Assembly (NCBI GenBank): GCA_013239625.1
Contig: MU053556.1
Coordinates: forward strand, 62,001 to 126,000
Origin: Lama guanicoe
Lineage: Eukaryota
Direction: 5' to 3'
Length of the DNA stretch: 64,000 nt
Positions 9,723 to 22,783 of this stretch are shown here, piece by piece. A program made the translations under genes and the position numbers. Position 1 is the stretch's first letter, and every line of letters begins with the position of its first letter. The notes beneath the pieces were generated by a model, which searched no databases, was not told the DNA's origin, and saw only the letters and a list, made by a program, of their open reading frames with translations.

Positions 9723-12700
9723 CCTCTGAAATTTCACTTTCTTGTTGATGTCCTTTGTAAGAAAAAGGTTTTAATTTTGATGAAGTGCAGTTCATCTGCC
9801 TTTATCTTCTATCACTTCTGCTCATGGTATTGTATCTAGGAAACCAAAACCTATCCTAGGACCACAAAGATTTATACTGTGTCTTCTTTTAGAAAGTTTA
9901 TCGGTTTAGTTTTTATATTTCTGTCTGTGATCCATTTTGAATTAATTTTTATTTGTTATATACAATTTGGGGGTCCAGATTCCAGATTCATTCTTTTGCC
10001 TGCAGATACCCAGCTGTCCCTGCACCATTTGTTGAATAGACTATTCTTTCAATGGAGTGTTTTTGGCACTCTTGTGGAAAACTGACTGTAAATGTAAGTT
10101 TTTCCCCTCTGGGTTTTTATTGTGTCTCATTGATTTATTTATCCAAACTTATGCCAACTCTATACTGATTTGAGTACTATAGCGTTTTAGTAAACTTTAA
10201 AGTGAGTCCTCCAACTTTGCTCTACTTTTTAAGGATTCTTTTGGCTGACCTGGGTCCCTTGCACTTTCATATGAATTTTGGGATCAGTTTTTCAATTTTT
10301 GCAAAGAAGTCAGCTGGAATTTTGATAGGGATTCCACTGAATTTGTAGATCACTTTGGGGAGTCTTAGCATTTTTAACAATATTGTCTAACATTCCATGA
10401 ACATGGGATGTCTTCCATATATGTAAAGCTTTTAAATTTTTTTCGGTGATACTTAAAAATGTTCAATGTACAAATCTTGTAAATTTTTGTGAAAAGTATC
10501 TCTCATTTTATTTTTAATGCTGTTGTAAATGGAGAGGCTAAGCTTCTTAAGGGTGGGACTATATATAAATTTGTTTATTTCTAGGATTCCTACACAGCAA
10601 ATACCCTCGGTTTAAAATTGCTACATAAATCTATCCACATCTCTTCCCACCCCTGTGTTATAAGAAACCAAGACCCAAGTTAGGCTACCTGAACACCTAT
10701 GCGGAAGTGAGAAATGAGACCCTTGGGTGGGGCTTTGTGCAGATGATACTGAGAGCTTATTCAGGTTGGCTTTATCTTAATTTCTTTTAAACAACCCTTT
10801 TGGTGTATATAGTCAGATACATTAATAACATGCCCTTTTGATGTGCAGAGGAGCTAAGACCATCATTTTCAAATAATTACTAGTGACAGTGTTGTACTTG
10901 AAACCCAATTTGCATCAATCTTTGAAGATTTATGTTTCAGGAGCTTTGACTAAAGAACACATGTCTTTATTCAATGACAACTAAATGCTCAAGCAACATG
11001 TAAGAGTTTGAGCAAAATGCCCCCGCCCCGTAGTGCTGGTTGGCTGCAGCTGAAAATGGAGTCAGCGCTTACCTCTCCCAGTACGCTTCTGCTGATCTGC
11101 TCAAAGTGGTTCGTCCAACAGTTTGTCTGTAGTCTGTTGGAAAAAGCCATACAACATTGATTTAAGGTTGCTGGATTGCAATATATTCTTAGTAATATTA
11201 AGAAAGCACATATTGAGTGCTTACTGTATGATGGCATTGTCCCTCAGCCTCACATGAATATTATTTCTCTTAAAACCTCACATGTTTCCTTGTTATTCTC
11301 ACTTTACAGATAAGGAGACAGAGAATTAAGACTTCTCTCTTTTGGGGGGAGCTCATTATCAATGACTTGAAGTTGTAAGGAAAAAGATATTGATTCATCC
11401 TGAAAAAACAATTTTTGAGAGTCAGCAATGAAGAGGGTGACCACTGAAGAAGGTGATCATTGTTCTAGTGAGATGAGCCCCAGGTTGTACGGAGTCAGCA
11501 TCCTTGTCCTGGACACGGCCAGTGTAGAGCTGCGTGGTGGGTGAGGCGGAGCGGCCATGCAGGGAATGAGGATGCCTGGCCATTGGGCTGTGCTCAGGCG
11601 CGGTGGGGCTTTCCGTTAAGGGCAGTGGACCGTCATTGACAGATTTTAAGTAGGGGAGTGGGGTGCTCTCGTAGATCCCTTTTGTCTTGTAGAATGCTTG
11701 GAAACATTTAGAAGGCTCGGCAGGAGGTGATGTGATGAGTCAGAGTAGGGTGGCTGTGAGGTGTACCAGCGTTCAATTTTCAAGTGGTTTTCAGTCCCAG
11801 GTTTGTGGCTCAGTAGCCATGTCACTTTGGATGACGCACTCAAGGAAGTGAAACAATTTATCTAATCAATTGAAGCAGTGATGTACCCACTTCCCAAGAC
11901 TGCTGTGGAGATCCAGTGAGATAACGTTTTCACAGTGTGCAGCATGGACCCCAGCACAGAGTCAGTGCTGAGTGAGTGCCAATGAGTACCTGGTAGGATA
12001 GTTGTGGGTGGTGGGACTCGATGACTGAGGAAATTTGCGCCCTGAAGAATGGGTCCAGTCACATCTGTGAGTGATGGGCCCGAGCTGGGAGAGGCAGGGA
12101 GACCTTGCCCCTGACCAGTGGCCCTGAGCAGGACGGCTATGGGAGAAGGACCATGAAGTCAGCTCTTTGCAGGTGGAGTTGGACGTGCCCATGAGACATC
12201 TAAGTGCAATGTCACGAGCTCACAGAGGAGGTCTGGGCCCGGGCTGTGCATTTTCCTATAATCTCAATCCCTGAGGACGCCGAGGTATTGATCACGGAAT
12301 GTGAAGACATACTTTACAGGACAAGTGAATAGTAGTATCATCTCTGTCATCAAAGGTCACGTCTCTTTATTCATCACTCACTTTGCTAATTGGGTACTTA
12401 CAGGGCGGTTCTTCACCGCCCTCCCCTGGGCTCAGGCTCCACAGTAAAGAGCTGGTGAGCCTCCCTCTTTTCCAGAAGAAGACACATGTAGCTGGTAGCC
12501 TTCTATACCTCGCCAGACTTAGAATTTTAATTTGTTGTTTTAATTCAACTTTCTGTTGGCCATCTCCTGACAGGAGAGAAGTTTTACCTCATGGTCATGT
12601 TTCAATTAGCTGTTACTAAGAATTGCTGATCTGATCCATAGTGTATGTATTCTATTAACTTTGTAGAGTCCTATCATTTTTCTATCTTTTCCCTTTAATT

Positions 12701-14581
12701 TTATATGCCACTTCAAGCCTCTATCCTATTTGGGGACTTATTTTTTTTAATTAAATAATGTCTGTTAGCAGTTAAGAAAACAAAAGCAAAGAAAAAATGC
12801 ACATGATACCTAAATTTAGAAAATATCTAGTGTGTTTCCTGTCTCGGCAATGGAGGGATATAGAAACTCATTAAAACCTTCATTACACAAGTTCCTTAAA
12901 ATGCTGATTAAGAAATAAAACCTTCCTTCCTCATCTTTCAAGCTGCACAGCTAATTGTCAAGAAAGTGAGGGGAAATACTCAGAAGCCAAGACAAACCAG
13001 AAAGGGGTTCTGGGAAGTAAGCGAGCCTTAGAATCACTGGGGGGCCGTTTGACTCCTGACCTGGGTTTCAGTTGCCCTGACAGGAGGGCAGGAGGTGAAC
13101 CCCAGGCCTCTCACAATGGGAGTTGAATGGCTGATCTTATGTAAGGCCAAGCAGATCCTGAGAAGCCTGGTTTTCTAAAGGGTGAACTAGGAAAAAGAAA
13201 TTCTCAAGGCAGGAAAGTAAGGAAAGTCAATTTTGTTTGAAGTGGGGAAAAATAACAAATCCAAAGCAAGGATGTAATTTAAAGCTGTTCTGGCATGAGG
13301 GTGACCACAAACTCCTGGCAGAAAAGCACAGCTCCTCCTGGAATGAGAAGTTGTGTTTTGAATGGATCAGTGAACAGCCATTCCGAGAAAGGCCTCCAGA
13401 GTCTTCTGGATCAAGATACTGGACCCAAACACCTCTCTTATCTCATTCAACAGAAAGGTTTTAAAGGAAAGAAGCCATAATCATAGTTCTATTTATTGAC
13501 ATTACTATATGCTAGGAATTCAGAGGTGACTATGGAGTTGTCTCCTCTTTGATGGACCTTACTTTCTCTTTGGGGAGACAAACTGACATAGTTGGGGAGC
13601 TTGGTGGAGGGAGGTGTTAGTCTTTTGCAATTAGCTAGGAAAGGAGATTAAGAAATCAGTGAAGAGTGGGTGAACTTTTTAGCTGAGGACAGTCTTGTTC
13701 AGTTGGCTTTTAATTGCAGGCTTGATGAGTTTTCACTGGAGGGAATAGATCTTATGGAGGATGGACTTAGCTCAGGCCTCTTTAGAATGTACAAGTGAAC
13801 CTGGACAAAGACAAGTCAAATCTGTGCAGACATTGAAGTTCACTTGAACGTGCTCCATCCCTGAGCCAAAGATAGGACAAATATGCAGCACTCCTTGAGG
13901 ACAGAGGAGTGGTTTTTAAGGTTCCTCAAGAATGAATCCCAGGGAACCGAGATGGCCAGTTGTCAAACTGTGACTTTGCTCTTTGGACAGTGTACCCACC
14001 AAGGGTATTGGGCTTTTATAGGTTTCCATTTCTCTTTAATACATGTCAGGTTATGACATCGTGGGCACAAGCATTTGACACCTTGTCGAGGTGACGTTGG
14101 GTACCTGCCAAGAAGCGCGGGCACAGCTGCGGATGCATCATACATCTTGCCGCCCTTCCCGTTCCCTGGCTCCGTGATCACAGCAGAGTGGTTCCTTGTT
14201 GACCTGTCCGTCTCCTCTGTGACATCATAATCCATGAAAAGACCGGAGCGTATTAACTTGGCTTTGTTAAAGTCAAAGGAACAGATCTAATATGGAGTCA
14301 GATTTGTTCATTCCTATTTCAGTAGTGCCATGGAGAAGGCACTTTGGGCAGCTTTTTATAGGGTCCTGGAGGCTTTCTCTCTCAGCCTCTGGGCGCCTCT
14401 ATTGCAAACCTTTCATAGCTGTCTGGCCTGCTGGAAAACCATTCCGACTGTTTTGCCCGGAAGATGTGTTGTGTTTATAACTCATCCCTACACCTTGGGA
14501 AACAACTCAATAAGAACTCAGTGGGTTTTCCACCAACCATGGGCAGGGGTGAGGGATAGCATGTTATAATTTTATAAAGTA

Positions 14582-14582
<1 letters not shown>

Positions 14583-14621
<39 letters not shown>

Positions 14622-14626
14622 TAATA
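14583..14626. repeat. (TAA)n microsatellite
   Basis: About 14 TAA units with one CAA interruption. Confidence 0.9.
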
Positions 14627-14770
14627 AAAAGAATACTTAAATCAGCACTGGGCACATAGGAGAGAGTCAATAAAAGCTTCCTGGCTTAAATCAAAAGTGA
14701 TGGCTCAGCGATTCCATGGCTGCTGTAATTGCTGTGCTAGTTACTCCTTTGCTCCATTACACTTTTTTTT

Positions 14771-15149
14771 AACATTTTTTATTGATTCATAATCATTTTA
14801 CAGTGTTGTGTCAAATTCCAGTGTTCAGCACAATTTTTCAGTCATTCATGGACATATACACACTCATTGTCACATTTTTTTCTCTGTGATTTATCATAAC
14901 ATTTTGTGTATATTTCCCTGTGCTATACAGTGTAATCTTGTTTATCTATTCTACAATTTTGAAACCCCAGTCTATCCCTTCCCACCCTCTACCCCGCCCC
15001 CCACCCCGGTAACCACAAGTCTGTATTCTCTGTCCATGAGTCTATTTCTGTCCTGTATTTATGCTTTGTTTTTGTTTGTTTTTGTTTTTTAGATTCCACA
15101 TATGAGCGATCTCATATGGTATTTTTTTTTCTCTTTCTGGCTTACTTCA
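14771..15149 (-). mobile_element. Young L1 3'-end insertion
   Basis: Nearly identical to 20905-21257. TSD CATTACACTTTTTTTT at 14755-14770 and 15150-15165, followed by AA (L1 endonuclease TTTT/AA site). Carries its own AATAAA. Confidence 0.92.
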
Positions 15150-15408
15150 CATTACACTTTTTTTTAACTGAAAAAGTAATACATACATATGGTTGAAAAA
15201 TTCAAACAGAGCACAAATTTACACAAGTGAAAGAAGTTTTCCCTCACCGTCTGTTCTTTCAGGCCTCCCTGGAGGTGCCACAGTTTACTATCCTTTGTGT
15301 GATTTTCCACATATGCTATGCACATTCCCACCTATGTATGTAAATTCCTTTAAAGTTTTAGTTATATTTAACTTAAAGTGATTTAAATCCTGAAGTGGCT
15401 TCTTCCCC

Positions 15409-15892
15409 GGTAATAGAAAAGAACAAATCTGTCTCCATATTAGATCTGTTCCTTTGAATTGAACCCTGTGCTCTGCCTCCTAGGCTTCATCTTGCTTGTA
15501 TAAAAATGTTGCCTAGAGCCTGAAATGTACAGGAGAGCCTATTCTAAAGGCTCTGCCCTTTAAGGATATTTAACACTGTTTCACTCATAAAAAGATTACA
15601 AGTTGCAGAATAGAAAATAACGTTTGTTTTGTTGGAGGTTTACAGAGATTTGACCCAGGCAGATAGCTGCAAGAACAAAGGATTCTAGCAACAAAGAATT
15701 CCTACACCAAGAAGTTTGCAACAACCAAGCACGTAGGAAAGGAGCCTGAATTCTGACTTGGGGAGATGGTTTTCCAGGACATTAGTTTGCCATCAAGGTC
15801 TACAGAAACTTGCTATTCCGTGCCCCAACACCTGGTCTCCGAACTTATTGGCCTGTCCTGCAATGAGGAGAATGAATTTGGACTCGGTAACA
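15409..15892 (+). mobile_element. Solo LTR (ERV1-like), same family as 53407-53946 in the opposite orientation
   Basis: (g)GTAATAGAAAAGAA...GGACTCGGTAACA aligns with the reverse complement of 53407-53946; near-TSD CCCC/CTCC. Confidence 0.8.
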
Positions 15893-16549
15893 CTCCTATC
15901 TACCTAGCAACCTGGGCACCAGAACTGAGGACAGCTCTCCCACACCCAGGGACCTACTGTGAGCCCTTGATGGTTCCCCTAGGGTGGGGTGTGGTTTACT
16001 CAGGAGGGATGGGGACTATGTACCAACACTCAGGCAGTCTGCTCTGTCTGGGGCTCTGATCTTTTACCTGCTGCCCCTGCCAGCCCAACACCTGGGACAT
16101 TGGAGCTAAGGCAGAGATCCTGCCCGCCTGTTTCCCAGAGTGTAAAAGGGGAATATGTACTCTTCCCAAGGTAGTTCTGAGCGACAACACATGCGGGTGC
16201 TTGGTTCCCAGAGCAACAGGAAACCCAGCTCTGCATGGGGGCAACGGGTGAGATCCCCATAGAGGTTCTGCACAGGCCTTGGCTGGAGGGCTGGACCAGG
16301 GAGGTAAAACTTGAGCTGCGGGCCTTAAAGGGTTAGAGAAGGGTACAGAGGCAGGACTGCCTCCTCCTGTGGGGTGCCCCCAGAGGTAAAGCTTTTCCTC
16401 TCCATCTCAGCTACTCCCCTCTCCAGATCCCTCCCTTCTCTCTGCACCTCCTGTCCATCTGTCTCCCTCCACTTTTCCCCTCCTCCCCTCCTTCTCCCAT
16501 CTTCTCCCTCCCTCGCTGCCCCAGCTTTTCTAGCAGAACCAAGAGGGTC

Positions 16550-17308
16550 GCTGGCCCTCCTGCACATGCGCAGTCGGTGCCAGCTGGACCGCGGGTTGGA
16601 AGCCCCAGCTCCAAGCCAGGGATTGGCCCCAAATGCTCCTCAGCCCTGACGCCCTGTAGGCCTTTGGCTCCTTCCTGTGGCCGGAGCCTCTGGCTGTGGA
16701 CGTGCAAGGTGGGGTCCCCCGGGAAAGGGGTCAGGCGGCTGCGGGAGGGCGTCCGCGTGTCACAGCCCGCGAGGGCGCGAGTCACCGTGTGTTCAGCTGA
16801 ATTCCTCGGGCCAGGCCCCTCTGCCCGCGCCACCGGCCACGGCGCCCCGGCCACAGCTGCCCAGGGCCAGGTGTGCACCTGCCGCCTCTAGCCCCAGCCG
16901 CGCTCCCCTCAGTCCGCGGCTGGCGTCCCCTTCCCCTCTCCCGCCCGCGAGTCCTCTCCTCCCTGGCTTCCTCTCCTTGGCCGCCTACCCGTCCCCGCCC
17001 CTGGGCGGGCTGTGTCCGGGGCGGGCTGTTTCTGCGGACCCGGATGGGGGCGGGCGGCTGAGGCTGGGGCTGGCCTCCGAGCGGGACTGCAGCCCGCGTC
17101 CCCAGCCCCCTGCTTTCCCTGCCCCGCGACCCCGGGGCTGCCCTCCTCTCCCTTTCCCGCTCCCTGAGGACAAGCTCAGCGGCGTGGGCGCTGCTCCCCG
17201 GGCTGAGAGTCTCCAGCTGTAAAGCCCAGCTTCTCCTGGTGGAGTCGGGAAAAGGGATCGCCAGTGCTGAGCGAGCTTCCGTCTCCTCCCTCAGTGTTTC
17301 TGCCCCAG
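16550..17308 (+). promoter_or_regulatory. CpG island, putative promoter and non-coding first exon
   Basis: Dense CpG in an otherwise CpG-poor window; NRF1-like GCACATGCGCA (~16562); GC boxes (~16993, ~17018, ~17047); ends at consensus donor CAG|GTAAGT (GT at 17309). Confidence 0.75.
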
Positions 17309-18334
17309 GTAAGTACCTTGAACACTTTCAGGTGGTATGATGGCGGTGCTTGTTGATGTCACGTGTTTTTATAGTGAGGAGGATTACAGTGTTGAAAGTA
17401 ATGCTTTGTTCAGTTAAAAATGAACTGAAGGCATGAGGCTGCGCCATCCTCCTTCCTTCCCTCTCCTAGGGTGAAACGTGTGACCCACGATTTTAGGAAT
17501 ACAGTTACAGTCCCTAACTAGTCCAGCCCAGCTAGTGTGTGTTAACAGGAACAGCACCACCAGAGGCGTTGGAGACCCAGGGACATTGCAGTCCTAAAGA
17601 GCTCCTGGCACAGTTTGGTTAGTTTTGGTTTTTTGTTTTTCTTAAGCTGTGGGGCAGACTAGTTGTATACAGGAGAAAATAATTGTCAAGAAATTTTTTT
17701 TCATATAACAGCTTTATTGTGATATTGTTCACACACCATGAAGTCCATCCATTTAAATGGTACAATTCAGCAGCTTTTAGCATATTCACAGTGCTGCAAC
17801 CTTTATTATTCCAGAATTTTTCATCACTTCAGAAAGAACAAGAAAGAACAGTGGAAATCAATGACCTATCCACCCTTCCCTAGTGGTGGTTCTAAAGAAG
17901 TTTCTTGGCTGTTCCTGATCATAAATTAACTTGTTACATTCCATGAAAAATCTGGTAGGTATTCTAATCAGAATTGCATTGAATCTGTCTATCAAAACAG
18001 GAAAAAATATTGTCTTTATGGCTTAAACTTCTTCTACCCATGAATTAATCTGGGACCCTATCTTTTCATCTGTCCAGAGCCTGGCCCATGGGAAGTCATC
18101 ACTAATTTTTGGGCTTGTGAATGATGAGATTCTATACATCGTTAGTTGCAACTGTTGCCTTTCCCAGGGGAGAAAAGTAACCTCTGTGAAGCCAAGTAAC
18201 TCTGATGGTGAAAAAGAGTTCAGTCATTGCTGGAGTGATCCAGTGGACTTGGTACTTGCAACCAGAATTCTCCACCACCTACAGCTAAGGGGATTACAGT
18301 TTTCTTTTATTTTTTCTTAATGGCGTTGCTTTTA

Positions 18335-18610
18335 TTTTTACTTTTTTTTAAATTATTTTTTGTTGAAGTGTAGTCAATTTACAATGTTAGTTTCAGGTGT
18401 ACAACAGAGATTCAGTTATAAACATATTCATATGTATATACATACGTTTTAGATTGTTTTTAGTACAACTCATTACAAGAAATTGAATACAGTTCCCTGT
18501 GCTATATAGTAGGTCTTTGCCATTTATTTTATATTTATTAATGTGTATCTGTTAATCCCCCCTTTCCTGCCTGCTAAACACAGTTTGCTTTCTATGTCTA
18601 TGAGTCCATT
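18335..18610 (-). mobile_element. L1 3'-end fragment
   Basis: T-rich tail followed by tgaagtgtagtcaatttacaatgttag and gttccctgtgctatatagtaggtc, typical antisense L1 3' UTR. Confidence 0.75.
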
Positions 18611-20720
18611 TCTAGCAGCACCGTTTTTCCTAGTAATATATGCTGGTTGGCTGCTTTCAGTTTCAGTAATTCCATCTTCTCTGTGGGCGCTTTCCTTCTG
18701 GTGGGCCTTTATGTGGTTTGCACACGTGGTAGTAGAGATCTGTTTTTGGGAGAACCCCAGGCCTAGTGTCGTCCCTGGTATGGAGCGGCCACTGAGCTGA
18801 TGCTTGAACTGGGAAAAAAGCATAGTAAATGTTGGAATTTCCACTATGTTTGAGACTTCCAGGTTTCTATAATCTGTTTAGCCCACCTTAATATTGGCTG
18901 CGCCCATACTGGGTAATTTGGTGGAACTCCATGGTGTGGTGGTGTAGAGACAGGGACTTGTATGCTTTTTCTCTTTCCTTTTTCTAACACTCATTCTCCT
19001 GGGCCTCCCAGATCCTCCCCAAGAAGTGCCCAGGGATGGTTTGGTGCTGCGCTGAGGCAGTATCTGTTAATAAGGCCCTTTCCTCATCTCTTCTGAGCTT
19101 CCGTTTCCTTCTCTGCACAATGAGGGCTTAGACTAGATAAGCGCTTTTCATTTTCTTTTTAAGCCATGTTTCCTTTGAGAAACAGAAAATGCAAATATCT
19201 CCTCCCATCCCAACACTTTAGATTTTGATACGTCCTCCAAGGAGTGACATAGCTCTTTGTGGAAAATTGATGTGATTGTGATTCCAGGGGGCACAGAAAA
19301 GACTCTTCAGTGATTTATTGCAAGGAGAGGGCAGGAAAGGGTCAGTATGTCACACTTTCTAGTGTGAGCACTGGAGCAGGGGTTTGGGTTTAAATACGGT
19401 GACTGACATGACCTCTCTCTAATCTTGTACAATGTGATAAACCTCTCTCCCTCAGTTTCTTAATGTGTCATGTTGAGGTGATAATATTTTAAGGCTTTTG
19501 TGAAATATTATACACATAAGCCATTTGTGTCTCGGTAGAAGCAAGACCTGCTAGGGAGTCAGGGATTTCTTTAAAAAAAAAAATTGACCATAGCGCTCTG
19601 TGTGTATTTTGAAGTTTCTGGAAAGTGAGGGTTGAGTCTAAAGCCCATCGTGGGACAGGTGGCCCATGGGTCTGTGTGCCCCAGATTGCCCCCTCCTCCC
19701 CAGTCCTCTTCCTCTCAGTCCAGGATGAAGTTCCCTAGTAGATTTACACAGAGTTCTTGTGGAAATGGCTTTTCATTAAATTTTTTCACCAAGAAGGGCT
19801 GCCATCATGATCTCTATGGTCATGTTTTGGTGACCTGAAGGCTATGCAATTGGGGGATTATATTTAATAAAAAGAACAAAGTTACAAATACAAAATTAGA
19901 CCTAGGGTGGTGACAGGGGCTCTTGGAAGTGGGGACCATTAGCTTTGTTAGCTTCAGGTGCAGTGGCCTCTGGCCACGAGGACACATCCTCATGCTCTGA
20001 AGTTGGAGGGAACAGTGGGTTCAGTGGGAAATTTGAGTGTATCTCTTGTTCTAGGGATTGTCCTATTTATGCAATTTGAGACAGTGAGCTCATTTAACCT
20101 CAAAAGCCTCTTTAAAAAATTAGACTTTTAATTTTGTGATGTAATGTAGATTCCCATGTAGTTGTAAGAGCTAATATGGAGAGGGCCTATGGGCACTTTG
20201 CCCAATTTTTCTTAATGGTTCCATCTTGCAAGTTTGGGTTACAATTCATTACAGACTCACTAACCCTTTGAGGATTGTGTTATTGCCCTCATTTCTATTC
20301 ATGATTAATCTGGGGCTTAGAGAAGCACACAGGCCTGCCCAGGTCACCCACATGGTTAATGTAGAGTCGGGTGGAACGTGGGCTTGGGATTTCCAGGCAG
20401 TATCATTATGATGGAGTGTGGCAGGGAGCAGCATTCACTTTGCTTGTTTATTCATTCATTCAACAAACTTTTATTGAGTAACCTCAGTGTGTCAGATGCT
20501 TTTATAGGGTTATCAGATTCTTCAGCAGTACTGAGAATCAGGTAATATTTTCTTTTTTAATCTGAGAAAATTAGCTCTGAGAAGTTATAACCCCCCCAAA
20601 GGTAATATAGCTCATAAAGGAGGGATAGTAAATTTGTACAGTCCCCCCTTTTTATGCAGGTGGTACCCTAGGCATTTTACATTTGCAAACTTCCATAATC
20701 TAGATATATTCTTGTAAGGC

Positions 20721-22153
20721 AAGGAATTTTTTTTTATATTGAAACTTTTTATTTCATTTTTTTATTTGATTAGACAGGAAAGAAATTTATTTTTAACATT
20801 TTAAAAGCAATTTTATTTTTCAATCAAGTGTTCAGATCTGTGACATTTGAAGAATACTTGTGTGTATGTATATAGGGAATAGAATGATATTGTCTTTTTT
20901 TTTTATCATTTTACAGTGTTGTGTCAAATTCCAGTGTTCAGCACAATTTTTCAGTCATTCATGGACATATACACACTCATTGTCACATTTTCTTCTCTGT
21001 GATTTATCATAACATTTTGTGTATATTTCCCTGTGTTATACAGTGTAATCTTGTTTATCTATTCGACAATTTTGAAATCCCAGTCTATCCCTTCCCACCC
21101 TCTACCCCCCCTCGGTAACCACAAGTCTGTATTCTCTGTCCATGAGTCTATTTCTGTCCTGTATTTATGCTTTGTTTTTGTTTGTTTTTGTTTTTTAGAT
21201 TCCACATATGAGCGATCTCATATGGTATTTTTCTTTCTCTTTCTGGCTTACTTCACTTAGAATGACATTCTCTAGGAGCATCCATGTTGCTGCAAATGGC
21301 ATTATGTTGTCGGTTTTTATGGCTGAGTAGTATTCCATTGTATAAATATACCACATCTTCTTTATCCAGTCACCTGTTGATGGACATTTAGGTTGTTTCC
21401 ATGTTTTGGCTATTGTAAATAGTGCTGCTATGAACATTGGGGTGCAGGTGTCATCCTGAAGTAGATTTCCTTCTGGGTACAAGCCCAGGAGTGGGATTCC
21501 TGGGTCATATGGTAAGTCTATTCCTAGTCTTTTGAGGAATCTCCACACTGTTTTCCATAGTGGCTGCACCAAACTGCATTCCCACCAGCAGTGTAGGAGG
21601 GTTCCCCTTTCTCCACAGCCTCTCCAGCATTTGTCATTTTTGGATTTTTGAATGACGGCCATTCTGACTGGTGTGAGGTGATACCTCATTGTAGTTTTGA
21701 TTTGCATTTCTCTGATAATTAGTGATATTGAACATTTTTTCATGTGCTTTTTGATCATTTGTATGTCTTCCTTGGAGAGTTGCTTGTTTAGATCTTCTGC
21801 CCATTTTTGGATTGGGTTGTTTATTTTTTCCTTATTGAGTCGTATGAGCTGCTTATATATTTTGTAGATCAAGCCTTTGTCGGTTTCACTTGCAAAAATT
21901 TTCTCCCATTCCGTAGGTTTTCTTCTTGTTTTATTTCTGGTTTCCTTTGCTCTGCAGAAGCTTGTAAGTTTCATTAGATCCCATTTGTTTATTCTTGCTT
22001 TTATTTCTTCTAGGAGAAAATTTTTGAAATGTATGTCAGATAATGTTTTGCCTATGTTTTCCTCTGGGAGGCTTATTGTATCTTGTCTTATGTTTAAGTC
22101 TTTGATCCATTTTGAGTTGATTTTTGTATATGGTGTAAGAAGGAATTTTTTTT
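20721..22153 (-). mobile_element. Young 5'-truncated L1 with a 3' transduction (L1 body 20905-22139; ORF2 C-terminus open at 21195-21974)
   Basis: 259-aa ORF2 C-terminal fragment ([33 protein letters not shown]). TSD AAGGAATTTTTTTT at 20721-20734 and 22140-22153. Confidence 0.9.
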
Positions 22154-22204
22154 AATTGAAGTGTAGGCAAGTTTACAGTGTTGTGTCAATTGCAAGGTGT
22201 TTTT

Positions 22205-22349
22205 TGAATTTTGAATTAAAAAATATTTTTTGAGGAGGGTAATTAGGTTTATTTATTTGTTTCATTTTTTAAAATGAGGTACTGGGGATTGAACCCAGGA
22301 CCTCGTACATGCTAAGCACGTGCTCTAACACTGAACTGTACCCTCCTTC
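22205..22349 (-). mobile_element. tRNA-Ala-derived SINE (Vic-1-like)
   Basis: Minus strand GGGTACAGTTCAGTGTTAGAGCACGTGCTTAGCATGTACGAGGTCCTGGGTTCAATCCCCAG with A/B boxes and an A-rich tail. Family name from recall. Confidence 0.8.
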
Positions 22350-22783
22350 CCAAGGCAAGTTTTCTTATCCATTATTCTGCAGCTTAGGAGTCCAAATATG
22401 TTGGAGTTGAAATCCAGATGTTTTGCTCCCACTGTGGTTCTTTTGTTTATATTCTGCTGAAGAGGATTGGGGAAAGCAGTTCCTTTGTTCATTTCTTTAT
22501 TCAGCAGTTTTGAGCACTGACTTTGCATCAGGGTCTGGCTAGGTGCTTGGAGCAGAAAACAAGAAATGACCCTTCTCTGCAGGGGCCGGAAGCCTAGAGC
22601 AAAAGCTGGGTAATGTGATCCGAGCTACGGTAGCCATGTGCAGACTCTGAGGACAAACTGTACCCCCTGCTTTGCTTGGGCTTCCCTTGCCTTCTGGCTG
22701 GTACACACCAGATCACCTCAACCCAGAGGGGCCTGCAGCCCACAGCACAGTATGTACCTCGATCTCCTCTCCCCTCTCGGCAT

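Larger units (their letters stand above)
8940..10530 (-). mobile_element. Older L1 (L1M-type) fragment with nested insertions
   Basis: Typical antisense L1 ORF2/3' sequence (gaattgctgagccatat, tgagcatcttttcatatgcttattgg, cagctgtccctgcaccatttgttgaatagact). Confidence 0.8.

Noticed and set aside
11114..11141. Hairpin TCCAACAG...CTGTTGGA
   Set aside because: An 8-bp stem is too short for a pre-miRNA and is expected by chance.
15409..15892. Pairing this LTR with 53407-53946 as the two ends of one element
   Set aside because: Opposite orientations, clear divergence and separate TSDs show independent solo LTRs.
16325..17222. Several 80-181 aa ORFs in the CpG island
   Set aside because: Pro/Arg/Gly-rich, overlapping on both strands and without recognisable domains; expected from high GC content.
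21195..21974. 259-aa ORF as a host gene
   Set aside because: It is the L1 ORF2 C-terminus of a 5'-truncated element.
22270..22349. Possible tRNA-Ala gene
   Set aside because: Degenerate A box, A-rich tail and related decayed copies at ~9650 and ~39310 indicate a SINE.
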